A stretch of DNA of 64,000 nucleotides from Mobula hypostoma (Eukaryota), in assembly GCF_963921235.1 (NCBI RefSeq), contig NC_086108.1:102860001-102924000 (forward strand), read 5' to 3'. The position numbers and the translations under genes were made by a program. This document shows positions 25,171 through 37,699 of this stretch, in pieces (position 1 is the stretch's first letter; every line of letters starts with the position of its first letter). The notes under the pieces were generated by a model. The model was given only the letters and a program-made list of their open reading frames with translations, was not told where the DNA came from and made no database searches.

Positions 25171-26580
25171 CTATCATTCCCTTTGTTTCTGTTTTTAAAA
25201 TATTCAAAGGACTGATTCCACTGTCATTTGAGGAAAAGTTATGAACAATCATGACCTTCTGGGAGATGATAATAAGCACCTTATCTTTGTCTGAAATGGG
25301 TGACAAGTGGTTTCATCTCAAGTTAAGATAAAAATAATGCTGTTGAGAAATAGCATTCTCATCACACTTTGCACCGCGTGGATTTTTCCGTGTAGTTTGG
25401 ATAGATTAGAATAGTTTTATATAGATTAGCCTTATTTGTCAATATACATTGAAGTGCACCTTTTCAACATCACAGTCCAAAGATGTCACCGTGCTTCTGG
25501 CACCAACATTCATGCTCACAACTGAATAACTCTAACCCACACATCTTTTGTATGTGGGAGGAAATCAGAGCACTACAGGAAACCCAGACAGTCGGACAAT
25601 AGAATAGAACTTCATTGTCATTGCTCAAAACAACGAGATTCTGGAGATACCCCAGTCCATGCAAAACAGATATTTACAATTCAGGCAGTATGGCTTAATT
25701 ATATTTTTAAAAATACCCGTATTTACATATGGTAAGTGACTTCAGTAGTCCATAACCCTCAAAGGCCATTGGCTAGCTGGGGTGTAACATTATTCAGCCG
25801 CACAGCAGCTGGTTTTCAGTTTTACTGCCTTGGCTAAGGTGTTTTTGTTTCTCCTATCGGACGGCAGGAGATCGAACAGACAGTGTCTGGGGTGGGACGG
25901 GTCTTTCGTGATGTTACAAGTGTGTCGTACTCATCGAGAGGGAGAACGTGTAGACTCTTTCCAGGCAGCAGTGGGATTTGAACTGTGAGTGGTGATTGCT
26001 GGTGCTGTGAAGCATTGTGCTAACCGCTACACTACCGTGCTGTAGTGGGGGGGGGGGCGCGATCCAGTTCTGTTGAAACGTCAACTGCAGATGCCTCTGC
26101 CGTAGCTGCCTCCTACCGTAACACCCCTCCCCCCACCTTCTTCCATCTCTTTTTCACTCCTTTTTCTTTCTTTCTGTTAATCTCCCTGCCCGTCATCCTG
26201 CTCTCCTCCTCACTCCACCTTGGAATCCTTTCTCACCATTTCTCCTCTATAGTGAGCTGCATCTCAAAGTAAAGGTGAGTCAGGGTACAGGAAGGAGATG
26301 GAGAGCTTAGTGACACGTTGTCATGACAACAGCCTTGCCCTCTATGTCAGGAAAGTGGGGCCGTGCACATGCTCCTGTCTACAGCAATGGTGCCGAGGTT
26401 GAGAGCTTCCCTCAAACTGAGTGATGGAATCTAGGAGAAATTGGTGTGAATTATTGGGATTGGGATTGATCCAGGAGCTTGCATGGGCTTGATGTGCCAA
26501 TATGCCCTCCTTTTTTTTTCATTAGGAGACAAGGTAATGCAGTAACTCACTTATGACAGAAAAGTCTTCCCAACAGCTCC

Positions 26581-26886
26581 GGGTACCGTTGTAGCGTAGT
26601 GGTTAGAGCAGCACCATTTCAGCTCAGGGCGTTCCGGAGTTCAGAGTTCAATTCCGGCGCCGTGCTGTGAGAAGTCTCTGTACGTCCTCCCTGTGGATTG
26701 TGTGGCTTTTCCCCGGGTGCTCCAGTTTCCTCCAACAGACCAAAGGCCTACCAAATCAGGTAACTGGTCGTTGTGAATTGTCCATGATTAGGTTAGGTTT
26801 AATCGGTGCTGTGGGGTTGCTGGGGTGGTGTGGATTGAAAGGGCAGAAGAGCCTGCTCTGCGCTGTATCGCTAAATAAATAAATAA
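26581..26886 (+). mobile_element. HE1/V-SINE-like SINE
   Basis: A box tagcgtagtgg, B box gttcaattcc, ccgggtgctccagtttcctcc, (TAAA)n tail. Confidence 0.82.
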
Positions 26887-27019
26887 ACAACGTTTATAAC
26901 AGCTGGATAATCTACTTCCATCTTCGACAGATGTTTGTCACTTCCACCTCTCACATCCCAACCTAGGTCACTATTTCCACTCTTCCCATCTGCTTACCAT
27001 CCCACCTCACCTGGGTGAA

Positions 27020-27365
27020 GCATAGAAAGTTAGAAATCTACAGGCCCTTTGGCCCACAATGTTATGCCGACCATGTAACCTACTCTAGGAACAGCCTAGA
27101 ATTTCCCTACCGCATAGCCCTCTATTTTTCTAAGCTCCATGTACCTATCTAAGAGATTCTTAAAAGACCCTATTGTATCCGCCTCCACCACCATCGCTGG
27201 CAGTGCATTCCACGCACCCACTACTCTGTATGAAAAACTTACCCCTGACATCCCCCCCCACCCCGTACCTACTTCCAAGCACCATCAAACTATGCCCCTT
27301 CATGTTAGCCATTTCAGCCCTGGGGAAAAAAGCTTCTGGCTATCCACATGATCAGTGCTTCTCAC
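27020..27365 (-). mobile_element. CR1 3' fragment
   Basis: RVVGAWNALP...LLDRYMELRKIEGY. Confidence 0.85.
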
Positions 27366-27563
27366 CAACTGTTACACCACCCCTGCCTTTCACCCCTTTA
27401 TAATGATTACCTCGCCTCTATCTTTCAGACCAGATGAAGGTTCTCTTCGCAATGCTCTCTTCTCCATGCCGCCATCAGGGAAGAGGTACAGGAGCCTGAA
27501 GACACACACTCAAACGGTTTAGGAACAGGTTCTTCACCTCTGCCAAAAGACTTCTGAACTTAC

Positions 27564-30165
27564 TGTTCTCGTTTTAAAATGCGCGTTCAGTAGAATTAAG
27601 GTAAGATGTTCAAGTTCATTTATTTTAGCTCGGGTTGTATGGTTGCTCGCTTGTGTGATTGTGTGTCACCCTGACTGTAACCAAGATGTGTAATAGTCAC
27701 CTCCCCCGTCTATATGGGACTGAGTTAGTTTTCACCAAGCTGTTGCACTCTTTCTGTTATTGGCTTGTCGCAATAAAAAAGGCCGTTGAGATAAATGAGC
27801 TCTTCTCGTCTGTCATCTTGGACCAAATGCTCTTCACGTTGGTGTCAGGAGTGATATTAGAAGTTGACAGTGAAACTGAAGAGCTACAACATCTTTGGAG
27901 CACCTTAAGACCTGGAGAATAAGTCGAGGGACCGAGTGGTATGCCTCCCCTGCACCCCCAGGCCAGGCTCCTGAAGCCGGGACGCTGACCCAGACGGCTG
28001 AGCGTACCCAGGCTTCCCAACCCGGGTACACAGAAGTGTGCATCACCCGCCTCCCTCGCAGCCCGCGCCGGGGAACCTAAGACACCACGGCCGTGAGAGG
28101 ATGGGCAATGCAGCAGGAGCCACCAACACTACCAGAGGAAGAGGAGGACCAACAGTCCCCAGAAATTAACGCCACAAGGTCCACCCTGAAGCTCCCCAGA
28201 TGCAACGGTACCGGCCACCTGGAGCCTTATTTAGCACATCAAACTTGCCACACGGCACAACGGGTCGAGCCCCACCAAGGCAGTGGTGAACTTTGTACTG
28301 GTGCAGGAGGGGATGCCTTTTGACCCGCTCCCCGACCTAATGCCAGCCAAGTACCATGACTACAGGGCCCTCCTAGCGGTGTTTCGAGCAGAGGCCATTG
28401 CAGGAAGCAATGAGGGAGAACTGCACAGCAGGCAGCGCCATATGGGAGAAAGCCTGGGGGTTTTTGCAGCAGATCTCCAGCACTGTGCTCAGCACGGCTC
28501 CTCCCAGTTCCCTCCCATGGCCCAGGAAGAGCTTGCCCACCACACCTTCGTAAAGACATCACCATCATCGCCAGCCAAGGTGCTGGCAAAGGCGGAGAGG
28601 ACAGGAGCAATTTTAGTCCCCCCTGGCTTTTCAGCGTTGCCCGCACTGGCACCGTGCCACAGCCCAGTGCAGCCCTCCGAGACCTCCTGCAGAATCCCTC
28701 CGTTGTCACCCCATCGAGTGGGCCGTTTGGATGAAGAGCAAGGCTTATACGTGGCCTGCACGGTGGAGGGCATCAGATGCCGTGCGTTGGTGGACGCGGA
28801 GTCGACCATCACCATCATCATCCGTCTGAGTGTCCTCTCCAACACGGACCAGCCGTCGCTTCCTGGGTGGACAATGGCGGCGGTCCAGTTGGCTACAATC
28901 ACTGGTGACCGTGCAGCAATGCTACGGAAGAGGCAGCTGCTCATCGCATTGGGGAGAAACATTGTGGAGCACGAGGTGTAGCTCGCTGACTGGGTGGTCT
29001 GCGTGGATGTGCCAGGGGCAATGCCTACCTCGGTGCTGAGGCTGTGGCTCTCTGCAGGACAGCGCCAAGAAGCGGACTCAGGTGGGCGCAGCGACCGGTC
29101 TCACAGCGTCCCGCAGCAGTGCCGCACACCACACAGCAGAGCACCATGCCAACACCTGTGACAGGGTGACACGCACCATCATCAGCCACCCTCGCACTGC
29201 TTGCTATGCCCGTCTTATGCAATTGCATTGGCGCAGCACAACGGCATTGGCAGCACTACTGCAGCGCCCTCTAGTGACACTGTCCAGGCAGTGCAGGAGC
29301 TGTGGCAGAGCAGCAACGGATTGGATCGGGACTAGTAGCAGCAGCTGAAGGACCTCCTGGACCAGTACCTCAACATCTTCGCCACCAGGGATGAGGATTG
29401 CAGATGCACAGGGCTGGTCCAACACCACGTGAACACCGGGGACGCCTGATCCTTCCACCTGTATCCCCATTGCCTGGCCCTCCCCAAATGCAGGGCTCTG
29501 GATCGAAGAGTTGGCAGCAGCTGGCCTCATCGAGCCCTCCAATAGCCTGTGGGCAGCTCCAGCAGTGTGGGTCAGGAAGAAAGACGGATCATGGCGGTTC
29601 TGTGGCCCGGAAGGACTCCTAACCACTGCCCTGAACTGATGATGCCCCAGGCTACTTCATGGGTTCGACCCGGTTCAGCTCTCGACTTGCACAGTGGCTA
29701 CTGGCAGGCCGAACTGATCCCAGAGGCCCGGCCCAAGACTGCCTTCACCATTGGTCAAGGGCTGTGGCACTTCCCAGTAATGCCACTTGGCCTGTGTAAC
29801 GTCCCGACCACCTTTGAGAGCCCGACAGAGAGAGTGCTGGCTCACATTCCACAGAGTCACTGTATCATCTATTTGGACAGCCTCCCCGTGTGCACCGCTG
29901 TTTTCAGTGATGCCTTGTGGATCCTGGAAGAGGTCTTGGTCACCATCCACCAGGTGAATCTGCACCTCAACCCTGTAAAACGCTGCCTGCCGAACTGCCA
30001 GATTAAATTCCTGGGGTACGTAGTGAGTGTGGAAGGAGTGGTGATGGATCCTGAGAAGGTGGCGGTGGTCAGAGAAAGGCCCATCCCCATGTGATGGCTC
30101 CCAGTTCGCAGCTTTCTGGGGCTGGCATCATACTACCATCGGTTTATTAAGGTCGTCGCTACCAT
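27564..30165 (+). mobile_element. Degenerate Gypsy LTR retrotransposon 5' half (LTR ~27564-27836, PBS, gag-PR-RT)
   Basis: LTR ends ...TTCA with AATAAA at ~27772; protease-like ALVDAES; RT LDLHSGYWQ...KTAF...MPLGLCNVPTTF...YLDS; truncated at a CR1. Confidence 0.85.
27840..27853 (+). promoter_or_regulatory. tRNA-Leu primer-binding site
   Basis: TGGTGTCAGGAGTG, complementary to the vertebrate tRNA-Leu(CAG) 3' end, 3 nt after the LTR CA. Confidence 0.8.
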
Positions 30166-32878
30166 ATACTGAGCAAAGATGCACTCAGCCTGATGCTTTG
30201 AGATGTGTCTATTTTAATGCAAGGAGTATCTTAAACAAGACGGGTGAACTTAGAGCGTGGATCAATATGTGGAACTGTGATGTTGTGGCCATTACAGAGA
30301 CTTGGATGTCTCAGGAGCAGCAATGGCTGCTGAGTGCGCCAGGCTTTAGATGTTTCAAAAAGAACAAAGTGGGAGGCAAAAGAGCTGGGGGTGTGGAATT
30401 GTTAATTAGGGATAGTGTCATAGCTGCAGAAAAGGAGGAAGTCACAGAGGGATGGTCCACTGAGTCTGTGTGGGTGGAAGTCAGAAACAGGAAAGGAGCA
30501 ATAACTCTACTGGGTGTTTTTTATAGATACCCCAATAGTAACAGAGATATCGAGGAGCAGATAGGGAGGCAGATTGTGGAACGGTGCAGTAACAATAGGT
30601 TTGTTGTGATGGGAGATTTTAACTTTCCTAATATTGACTGACATCTCCTTAGAGCAAGGGGTTTAGATAGAGTGGAGTTTGTTAGGTGTGTTCACGAAGG
30701 TTTCCTGACACAATATGTAGATAAGCCAACTAGAGGAGAAGCAGTACTTGATCTGGTAGTGGGAAATGAACCTGGTCGGGTGTCAGGTCTCTCAGTGGGA
30801 GACCATTTTGGAGATAGCGATTGCAATTCTATCTCCTTTACCATAGCATTGGAGAGGGATAGGAGCAGACAATTTAGGAAAACATTTAATCGGGCGATTA
30901 GTCAGGAACTTGGGAGCATAAATTGGGAGCAGATGTACTCAGGGAAATGCTCAGCAGAAATGTGACAAATGTTCCGAGAACTTTTGCATGGAGTTCTGCA
31001 TAGAGTTCCGTTGAGGAAGAGAAAGGATGGTAGGGTTAAAGAACGATGGTGTGGAAAGGATGTAGAAAATCTAGTTAAGAAGAAAAGAAAAGTTTATGAA
31101 AGGTTCAAGAAACTGGGTACTGTTAGAGCTCTAGAAAACTACAAGGCTGCTAGGAAAGAGCTTAAGAATAATTAAGAGAGCCAGAAGGGGCCATGACAAG
31201 GCCTTGATGAGCAGGATTAAGGAAAACCCCAAGGCATTCTACAAGTATGTGAAGAGCAAGAGGATGAGCTGTGTGAGAATAGGACCAATCAGGTGTGATA
31301 GTGGAAACATGTGCATGGAGTCGGAGGAGGTAGCGGAGGTACTTAATGAATACTTTGCTTCAGTATTCACCAGGGAAAAAGACCTTGGCAATTGTGGGGA
31401 TGACTTACAGCGGACTGAAATGCTTGAGCATATAGACATTAAGAAAGAGAATGTGCTGGAGCTTTTGAAAAGTATTAAGTTAGATAAGTCACTGGGATTG
31501 GATAAGATACACACCAGGCTACTGTGGGAAGCGAGGGAGGAGATTGCTCAGGCTCTTACAATGATCTTTGCATCACCAATAGGGACGGGAGAAGTACCGG
31601 AGGATTGGAGAGTTGCAAATGTTGTTCCCTTGTTCAAGAAAAGGAGTAGAGATAACCCAGGAGATTATAGACCAGTGAGTCTGACTTCAGTGGTGGGCAA
31701 ATTGTTGGCGAAGATCCTGAGAGGCAGGATTTATGAGCATTTGGAGAGATAATCTGATTAGGGATAGTCAACATGGCTTTCTCAAGGCCAGGTCATGCCT
31801 TACGAGTCTGATTGAATTCTTTGAGGATGTAACAAAACACATTGATGAAGTTAGAGCAGTGGATGTAGTGTGGATAGATTTCATATTTGGTAAGGTTCCC
31901 CATGCAAGGCTCCTTCAGAAAGTAAGGCATGGGATCCAAGGCTTTGTGGATCCAGAATTGGTTTGCCTACAGAAGGCAAAGTGTGGTTGTTGATGGTTTA
32001 TATTCTGCATGGAGGTCAGTGACCAGTTGTGTTCCACAGGGATCTGTTCTGGAACCCCTCCTCTTCGTGATTTTTATAAATGTCCTGGATGAAGAAATAA
32101 AAGGGTGGGTTAGTAAGTTTGCTGATGACACAAAGGTTGGGGGTGTTATGGATAGTCTGGAGGGTTGTCAGAGGTTACAGCGGGATATCGATAGGATGCA
32201 GAACTGGGCTGGGAGGTAGCAGATGGACTTCAACCCAGATAAGTGTGAAGTGGTTCATTTTGATAGGTCCAATTTGAAGACAGAATATAATATTAAGTAA
32301 GACTATTGGCAGTGTGGAGGATCTGAGAGACCTTGAGGTCCGTATCAATAGGATGCTCAAAGCTGCAGTGCAGGTTGACAGGTTGTTAAGGCGTATGGTG
32401 TATTGGCCTTCATCAACCATGGGATTGAGCTCAAGACCCATGAGGTACTGTTACAGCTATATAGGACCCTGGTCAGACCCCACTTGGAGTACTGTGTTCA
32501 GTTCTGGTGACCTCACCACAGGAAGGATGTGGAGACTATAGAGAGAGTGCAAAGGAGATTTACAAGGATGTTGCCTGGATTGGAGAGCATGCCTTATGAG
32601 ATTAGGTTGAGTGAACTTAGCCTTTTTTCCTTGGAGCGACTGAGGATGAGGGGCGACCTGATAGAGGTGTATAAGATGATGAGGGGCATTGATTGTATGG
32701 ATAGTCAGAGGCGTTTTACATGGGCAGAAATGGCTAACGTGAGGGGGCATAGTTTTAAGGTGCTTGGAAATAGGTATAGAGGTGATGTCGGGGGTAAGTT
32801 TTTCACACAGTGTGGTGGGTGCATGGAATGCACTTCCAGCAGTGGTGGTGGAAGTGGATATAACAGGGTCTTTTAAGA

Positions 32879-33075
32879 ACAAAATAATCTGCAGATGCTG
32901 GGGTCAAAGCAACACTCACAACACGCTGGAGGAACTCAGGAGGTCGGGCAGCATCTGTGGAAACGATCAGTCAATGTTTCGGGCCGGAACCTGCCCGAAG
33001 GGTTCCTGACGAAAGGTTCTGGCCCGAAACGTTGACTGATCATTTCCACGGATGCTGCCCGACCACCGTGTTGTG
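32879..33075. mobile_element. Palindromic Penelope-derived mini-insert with hammerhead motif
   Basis: 14-bp TSD AGGGTCTTTTAAGA at 32865-32878 and 33076-33089; 50-bp inverted arms. Confidence 0.88.
33002..33037 (+). ncRNA. Minimal type I hammerhead ribozyme motif (degenerate stems)
   Basis: CTGACGA (33006-33012), stem II, GAAA (33026-33029), then CGTT GACT. Confidence 0.6.
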
Positions 33076-33199
33076 AGGGTCTTTTAAGAGTCTCTTATGG
33101 AGCTTAGAAAAATAGAGAGTTATGCACTAGGGAAATTATATATATAAAATTGTAACGATTTTTATTTATTGCACTGCTACCACAAATTACTGTACCATA

Positions 33200-34755
33200 A
33201 CTAGACAGAAGGTTCTTGGAAAACTGAAAGGTCTGAAGGCAGATAAATCACCTGGACCAGATGGTGTACACCCCAGGGTTCTGAAAAGGGTAGCTGAAAA
33301 GAGTGTGGAGGGATTTGTAATGATCTTTCAAGAATCACTGGATTCTGGATTTGTTCCAGAAGACTGGAAGATTGCAAATGTCATTCCATTCTTCATGAAG
33401 GGAGATAGGCAGAAGAAAGGAAACTAATGGTCAGTTAGTCTGATTGAGGTGGTTGGGAAGATGTTGGAGTCAATTATTAAGAATGGGGTCTCAGGATACT
33501 TGGAGGCACATGAAAAAATAGGTATTAGTCAGCATGGGTTCTTCAAGGGAAAAGCTTGCGTGACAAATTTGTTGGAATTCTTTGAAGAAATAACAAGCAG
33601 GTTTGACAAGGTGTTACATTTAAGGCTGTTTATCAGGCTACGTCCCCATGGTACTACAGGAAATAGTCTAACATGGATAAAGCAGTGGCCGATTGGCAGG
33701 AAGCAAAGAGTGGGAATAAAGGGTACCTTTTCCGACAGGCTGCCAGAAACTAGTGGAGTTCCACAGGGGTCAGAGTTGGGACTGGTTCTTTTTACATTAT
33801 GTCAATAATTTGGATGATGGAATCGATGGCTTTGTTGCAAAGTTTGAAGATGATGTGAAGGTGGAAGGGCAGGTATCTTTGAGGAAGTAGAGAGGCTGCC
33901 GAATGACTTGGACAGATTAGGAGAGTGGGCAAAGAAATGACAGATGGAATACAATGTCAGGAAGTGTATGGTCATGCATTTTGGTAGAAGAAAGGGTGAT
34001 TATTTTCTAAATGGAGAGAAAATACAAAAACCCTGAGGTGCAAAGGGACTTTGGAGTCTTTGTGCAAGATCCCCTGAAGGTTAGTTTGCAGGTTGAGTCC
34101 GTGGTGAGAAAGGAAAATTGCAATGTTAGCATTCATTTCAAGAGGACGAGAATATTGAAGCAAGGACGTAATGTTGAGACTTTATAAAGCACTGGTGAGG
34201 ACTCACTTGGAGCATTGTGAGCCATTTTGGACCCCTCTTCTTAGAAAGGATATGCTGAAACTGGAGAGAGTTCAAAGGAGGGTCACAAAAATGATTCCAG
34301 TATTGAAAGGCTTGTCTTATGAAGAGTGCTTGATGGCTCTGGGCCTGTATTCACCGGAATTTAGAAGAATGAATGGTGGCCTCATTGAAACCCATCGAAT
34401 GGTGAAAGGCCTCGATAGAGTAGATATGGAGAGGATGTTTCCTATGGTGGCAGAGTTTAAGACCAGAGGATACAGCCTCAGAATAGAGGACATCCTTTTA
34501 GAATGGTGATGAGGAAGAATTTCTTTAGACAGGGAGTGGTGAATCTGTGGGGTTCTTTTTCACAGGCAGAAGTGGAGGCCAAGCTTTTATGTATACAAGG
34601 CAGAGGTTGTTAGATTCTTGATTGGTCAGGGCATAAAGGGATACAAGGAGAATGCAGGAGTTTGGGGCTGAGAGGAAAATTGAATCAGCCATGATGAAAT
34701 GGCCGAGCAGGCTTGATGGGCCAAATAGCCTAATTCTGCTCCTATATCTTATTAT
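33200..34755 (+). mobile_element. CR1 LINE RT pseudogene with 3' end
   Basis: QHGFFKGKACVTNLLEFFE, GVPQGS, LYKALVRTHLE. Confidence 0.9.
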
Positions 34756-35189
34756 GGTCTAAATATCGTGACATATGTCAGTGATATTAAACCTGATTCT
34801 GATTTTGATTCTAACTGTCCATTTCCCTTCACCCATCCAGCCTCTTGTTAGTAGCTTCAGATTCCAGCAGTCTCTTGTGCCTCTGGTTATGTTGGCTAAG
34901 AAATAAATGAACCCTTAGTACATCCTTAGATGTGTTGGTTGTTTAACTCAAACGACACATATGCTTCCATGTGCATATGATAAATAAGCTGAATCTGAAA
35001 TCCTGATTAGCAATGGTGTGAAGACGGCTGGATCTGAAAAGGAGAACCAGCCTCCTCCTTCCAACGGCTTTCTTCAACGTTGTGTCTCTGATGCTTATGT
35101 GCCTGTGATGCTGCTGTAAGTTTTTTACTGCATCTGCAATTCCATGTCCCTGTGCATAAGGCAATAAACTCAACTTTGATTTTAAAGGA

Positions 35190-35866
35190 GAGGAGAAGAT
35201 GGTGGAGCAACGCAGCACGCGCGGCCACTCTGGTGATGAGTATCTGTTATTTGTCAAGTAGAGTGCCGTGCACAATTCTGATTTGATGGAGGCAAACATA
35301 AGAGCACAGGAAGATCTGGTGAAACTTCTGAAATGCGTGTTTCGCTGCCGCTGCTACTGGGTAATCCAAAATCTCCGGAGGGAAAGGCCCCGAATCCTCG
35401 GCTTTGCTTGTTGCTCGGCGGCTGGGGTGGGGTCGAAGCGCTCGGCAGAGATGGTGCTCGGTGCTCGGTGTCGGAGGGATGTTGGAGGCTTGAAGTTTTC
35501 AGACGGACTCAGAGTCAGCTGTGGTCGGGTGCTTCCAGGATGCTGCATCGGCAAGTTTGCGGCGCTGGAGGCTCGTGGCAGGGAGCATTTCTCCCTTCTA
35601 CTGTCTGCGTGAGATGTTGGGGCTATCGGGACTTTGAGACTTTTTTTTTACTGTGCCCATGATCTGCTCTTATCAAGTTATGGTATTGCTTTGCACTGTT
35701 GTAACTATATGTTATAATTATGTGTTTTTTGTCACTTCTAGTCTTGGTCTGTCCTGTGTTTCTGTGATATCATACTGGAGGAACATTGTATCATTTTTTA
35801 ATGCATGCATTTCTAAATGACAATAAACAAGGACTGAGTGTCCTCATAATCTAATCTAAATCTAAG
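35190..35866 (+). mobile_element. Non-autonomous retroposon with (TCTAA)n tail
   Basis: GC/CpG-rich head starting AAGATGG; aatgacaataaa then taatctaatctaaatctaa tail. Confidence 0.55.
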
Positions 35867-36756
35867 TATCAGATTAAGACACCAGTAGTCTTTATCATTT
35901 TATAACAGTAAATATGCATACATCCCTCCAAAAGCTGGCAAATCTGAATTTTCACAGGCAACCCTCTAATCAGAAGACCGGGAATATTTCTCTACCATTC
36001 AAGCATTGTCTTGGAGCCTTCATCAGCAGCCTGCCAGGTGAGTCAATTGGTTGTGGAATTAGTTCAGTGTCGAGGTGAGTGAAGTTATCCACACTGGTTC
36101 AGGAGCCTGATGGTTGAAGAGTAATAACTGTGCCTGAACCTGGTGGTGTGGGACCTAAGGCTCCTGTACCTCTTTCCCATAGCAGCAGTGATTTCGCAAA
36201 ACGGTACCAATGGAACCACACTATTACAAGAAAGGACAATGTTAAGGATGCATTGATAATTCTGCTTATCAAATCTGTGCACAGAACCACAGCTGACTGA
36301 GGACTCATAATAAGAAGCTGCCGTCGGATTTTGTGCTGTGCTCAGCGGTCCACTGGCTTCCTGCTGAGAAGGAAAATGGCTTGGTTTTTTTCTGATTTAA
36401 TTGCCTGGAAGCACTTGTAGGGGGAATGGCCAGAGCCTTGTCCAAATCATTTCCTGAGCAGATTTGTTGCTGCATCTCCACAAATCCAAGCATGGAACAT
36501 TAAGTTCAAAGCAGCAAACCTCTTGACAACCTGCCAGCTTGAGTTTAATAGCTTTTGATCCTTACCATTTGGCTGCCTCCAACCCCACCCCCTCCCACCA
36601 CCTTGTTTCCTTTGACTTCTTATCTTTTCAAAGCTCTTCATCTCGAACATCTTCCAACCAGTGGAAAAGAAATTCAGAGTTTGTTGTCTTCTGCATTCCG
36701 GTTAATTACCTTAGCTGGGTGGTCTTTCATTGATTATGTTATGGTTATTATTCTGT

Positions 36757-37065
36757 TGGCGTGTTGGTGCGTGGCCAAGTGGTTAAGGTGTTCGTCTAGT
36801 GATCTGAAGGTCACTAGTTTGAGCCTTGGCTGAGGCAGCTTGTGTGTCCTTGAGCAAGGCACTTAACCACACATTGCTCTGCGATGAACCGGAGCCAAGC
36901 TGTATGGGTCCTAATGCCCTTCCCTTGGACAACATCAGTGGCGTGGAGAGGGGAGACTTGCAGCATGGGCAACTGCTGGTCTTCCATACAATCTTGCCCA
37001 GGCCTGCACCCTGGAAACCTTCCAAGGTGCAAATCCATGGTCTCAGAAGACTAACAGATGCCTAT
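36757..37065 (+). mobile_element. tRNA-derived SINE
   Basis: A box TGGCCAAGTGG, degenerate B box, core gtgtccttgagcaaggcacttaac. Confidence 0.75.
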
Positions 37066-37699
37066 ATAATTATTCTATAGATTTATTGTGTATGCCCACA
37101 AGGAAATGAATCTCAGGGTTGTAAATGATAATAAAATTCACTTTGAACTTTGAATTTTGAAGGCCCTCGGCCCAAAACATTGACCCCTCCATAGATGCTG
37201 CCTGACCTGTTGAGTTCCTCCCTGAATTTCCAGCATCTGCAGAATTTCTTGTGTTTGTGTGTGTGTTGCTCTCTCTACTGAAGTTGCCTAACACTTAAAG
37301 TGACAGAGATCTGCTGAGGGATCTCAGTGGGTCGTGCATCATCTGTAGGAGGAAAGGAACTGTTGATGTTTTCAACAACTCTCTGATATTCTGCATCAAA
37401 TTTATTGCTCCTGATTCCAGGATCTGCAGTCCTTTTGCGTCTGCATAATGTGTAAGTGTTTCTCTTCTGATTTTCAGACATCCAGCTGTAAAAAATTCTT
37501 TCTGATAGTGGAAGATCAGATTTGAAGGATAATGCTGACTGCTGAGAGAGATCAACCATTGGTTCTCAACAGGAACCACCAGACATGGGCAGATAAAACA
37601 AAATGCGTCTGAAAAGACTGTTCTCCACTCCCCCAAGAAACAATATGCCAACTGAATTTTGCAGATGACAACTTTTTGAAAGTTACTTCTCCGTAATGT

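Larger units (their letters stand above)
30170..33135 (+). mobile_element. CR1 LINE near-complete ORF2 pseudogene (APE endonuclease plus RT)
   Basis: YFNARS, ITETW, MGDFN, PTRGEAVLDL, FADD; many stops and frameshifts. Confidence 0.93.
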
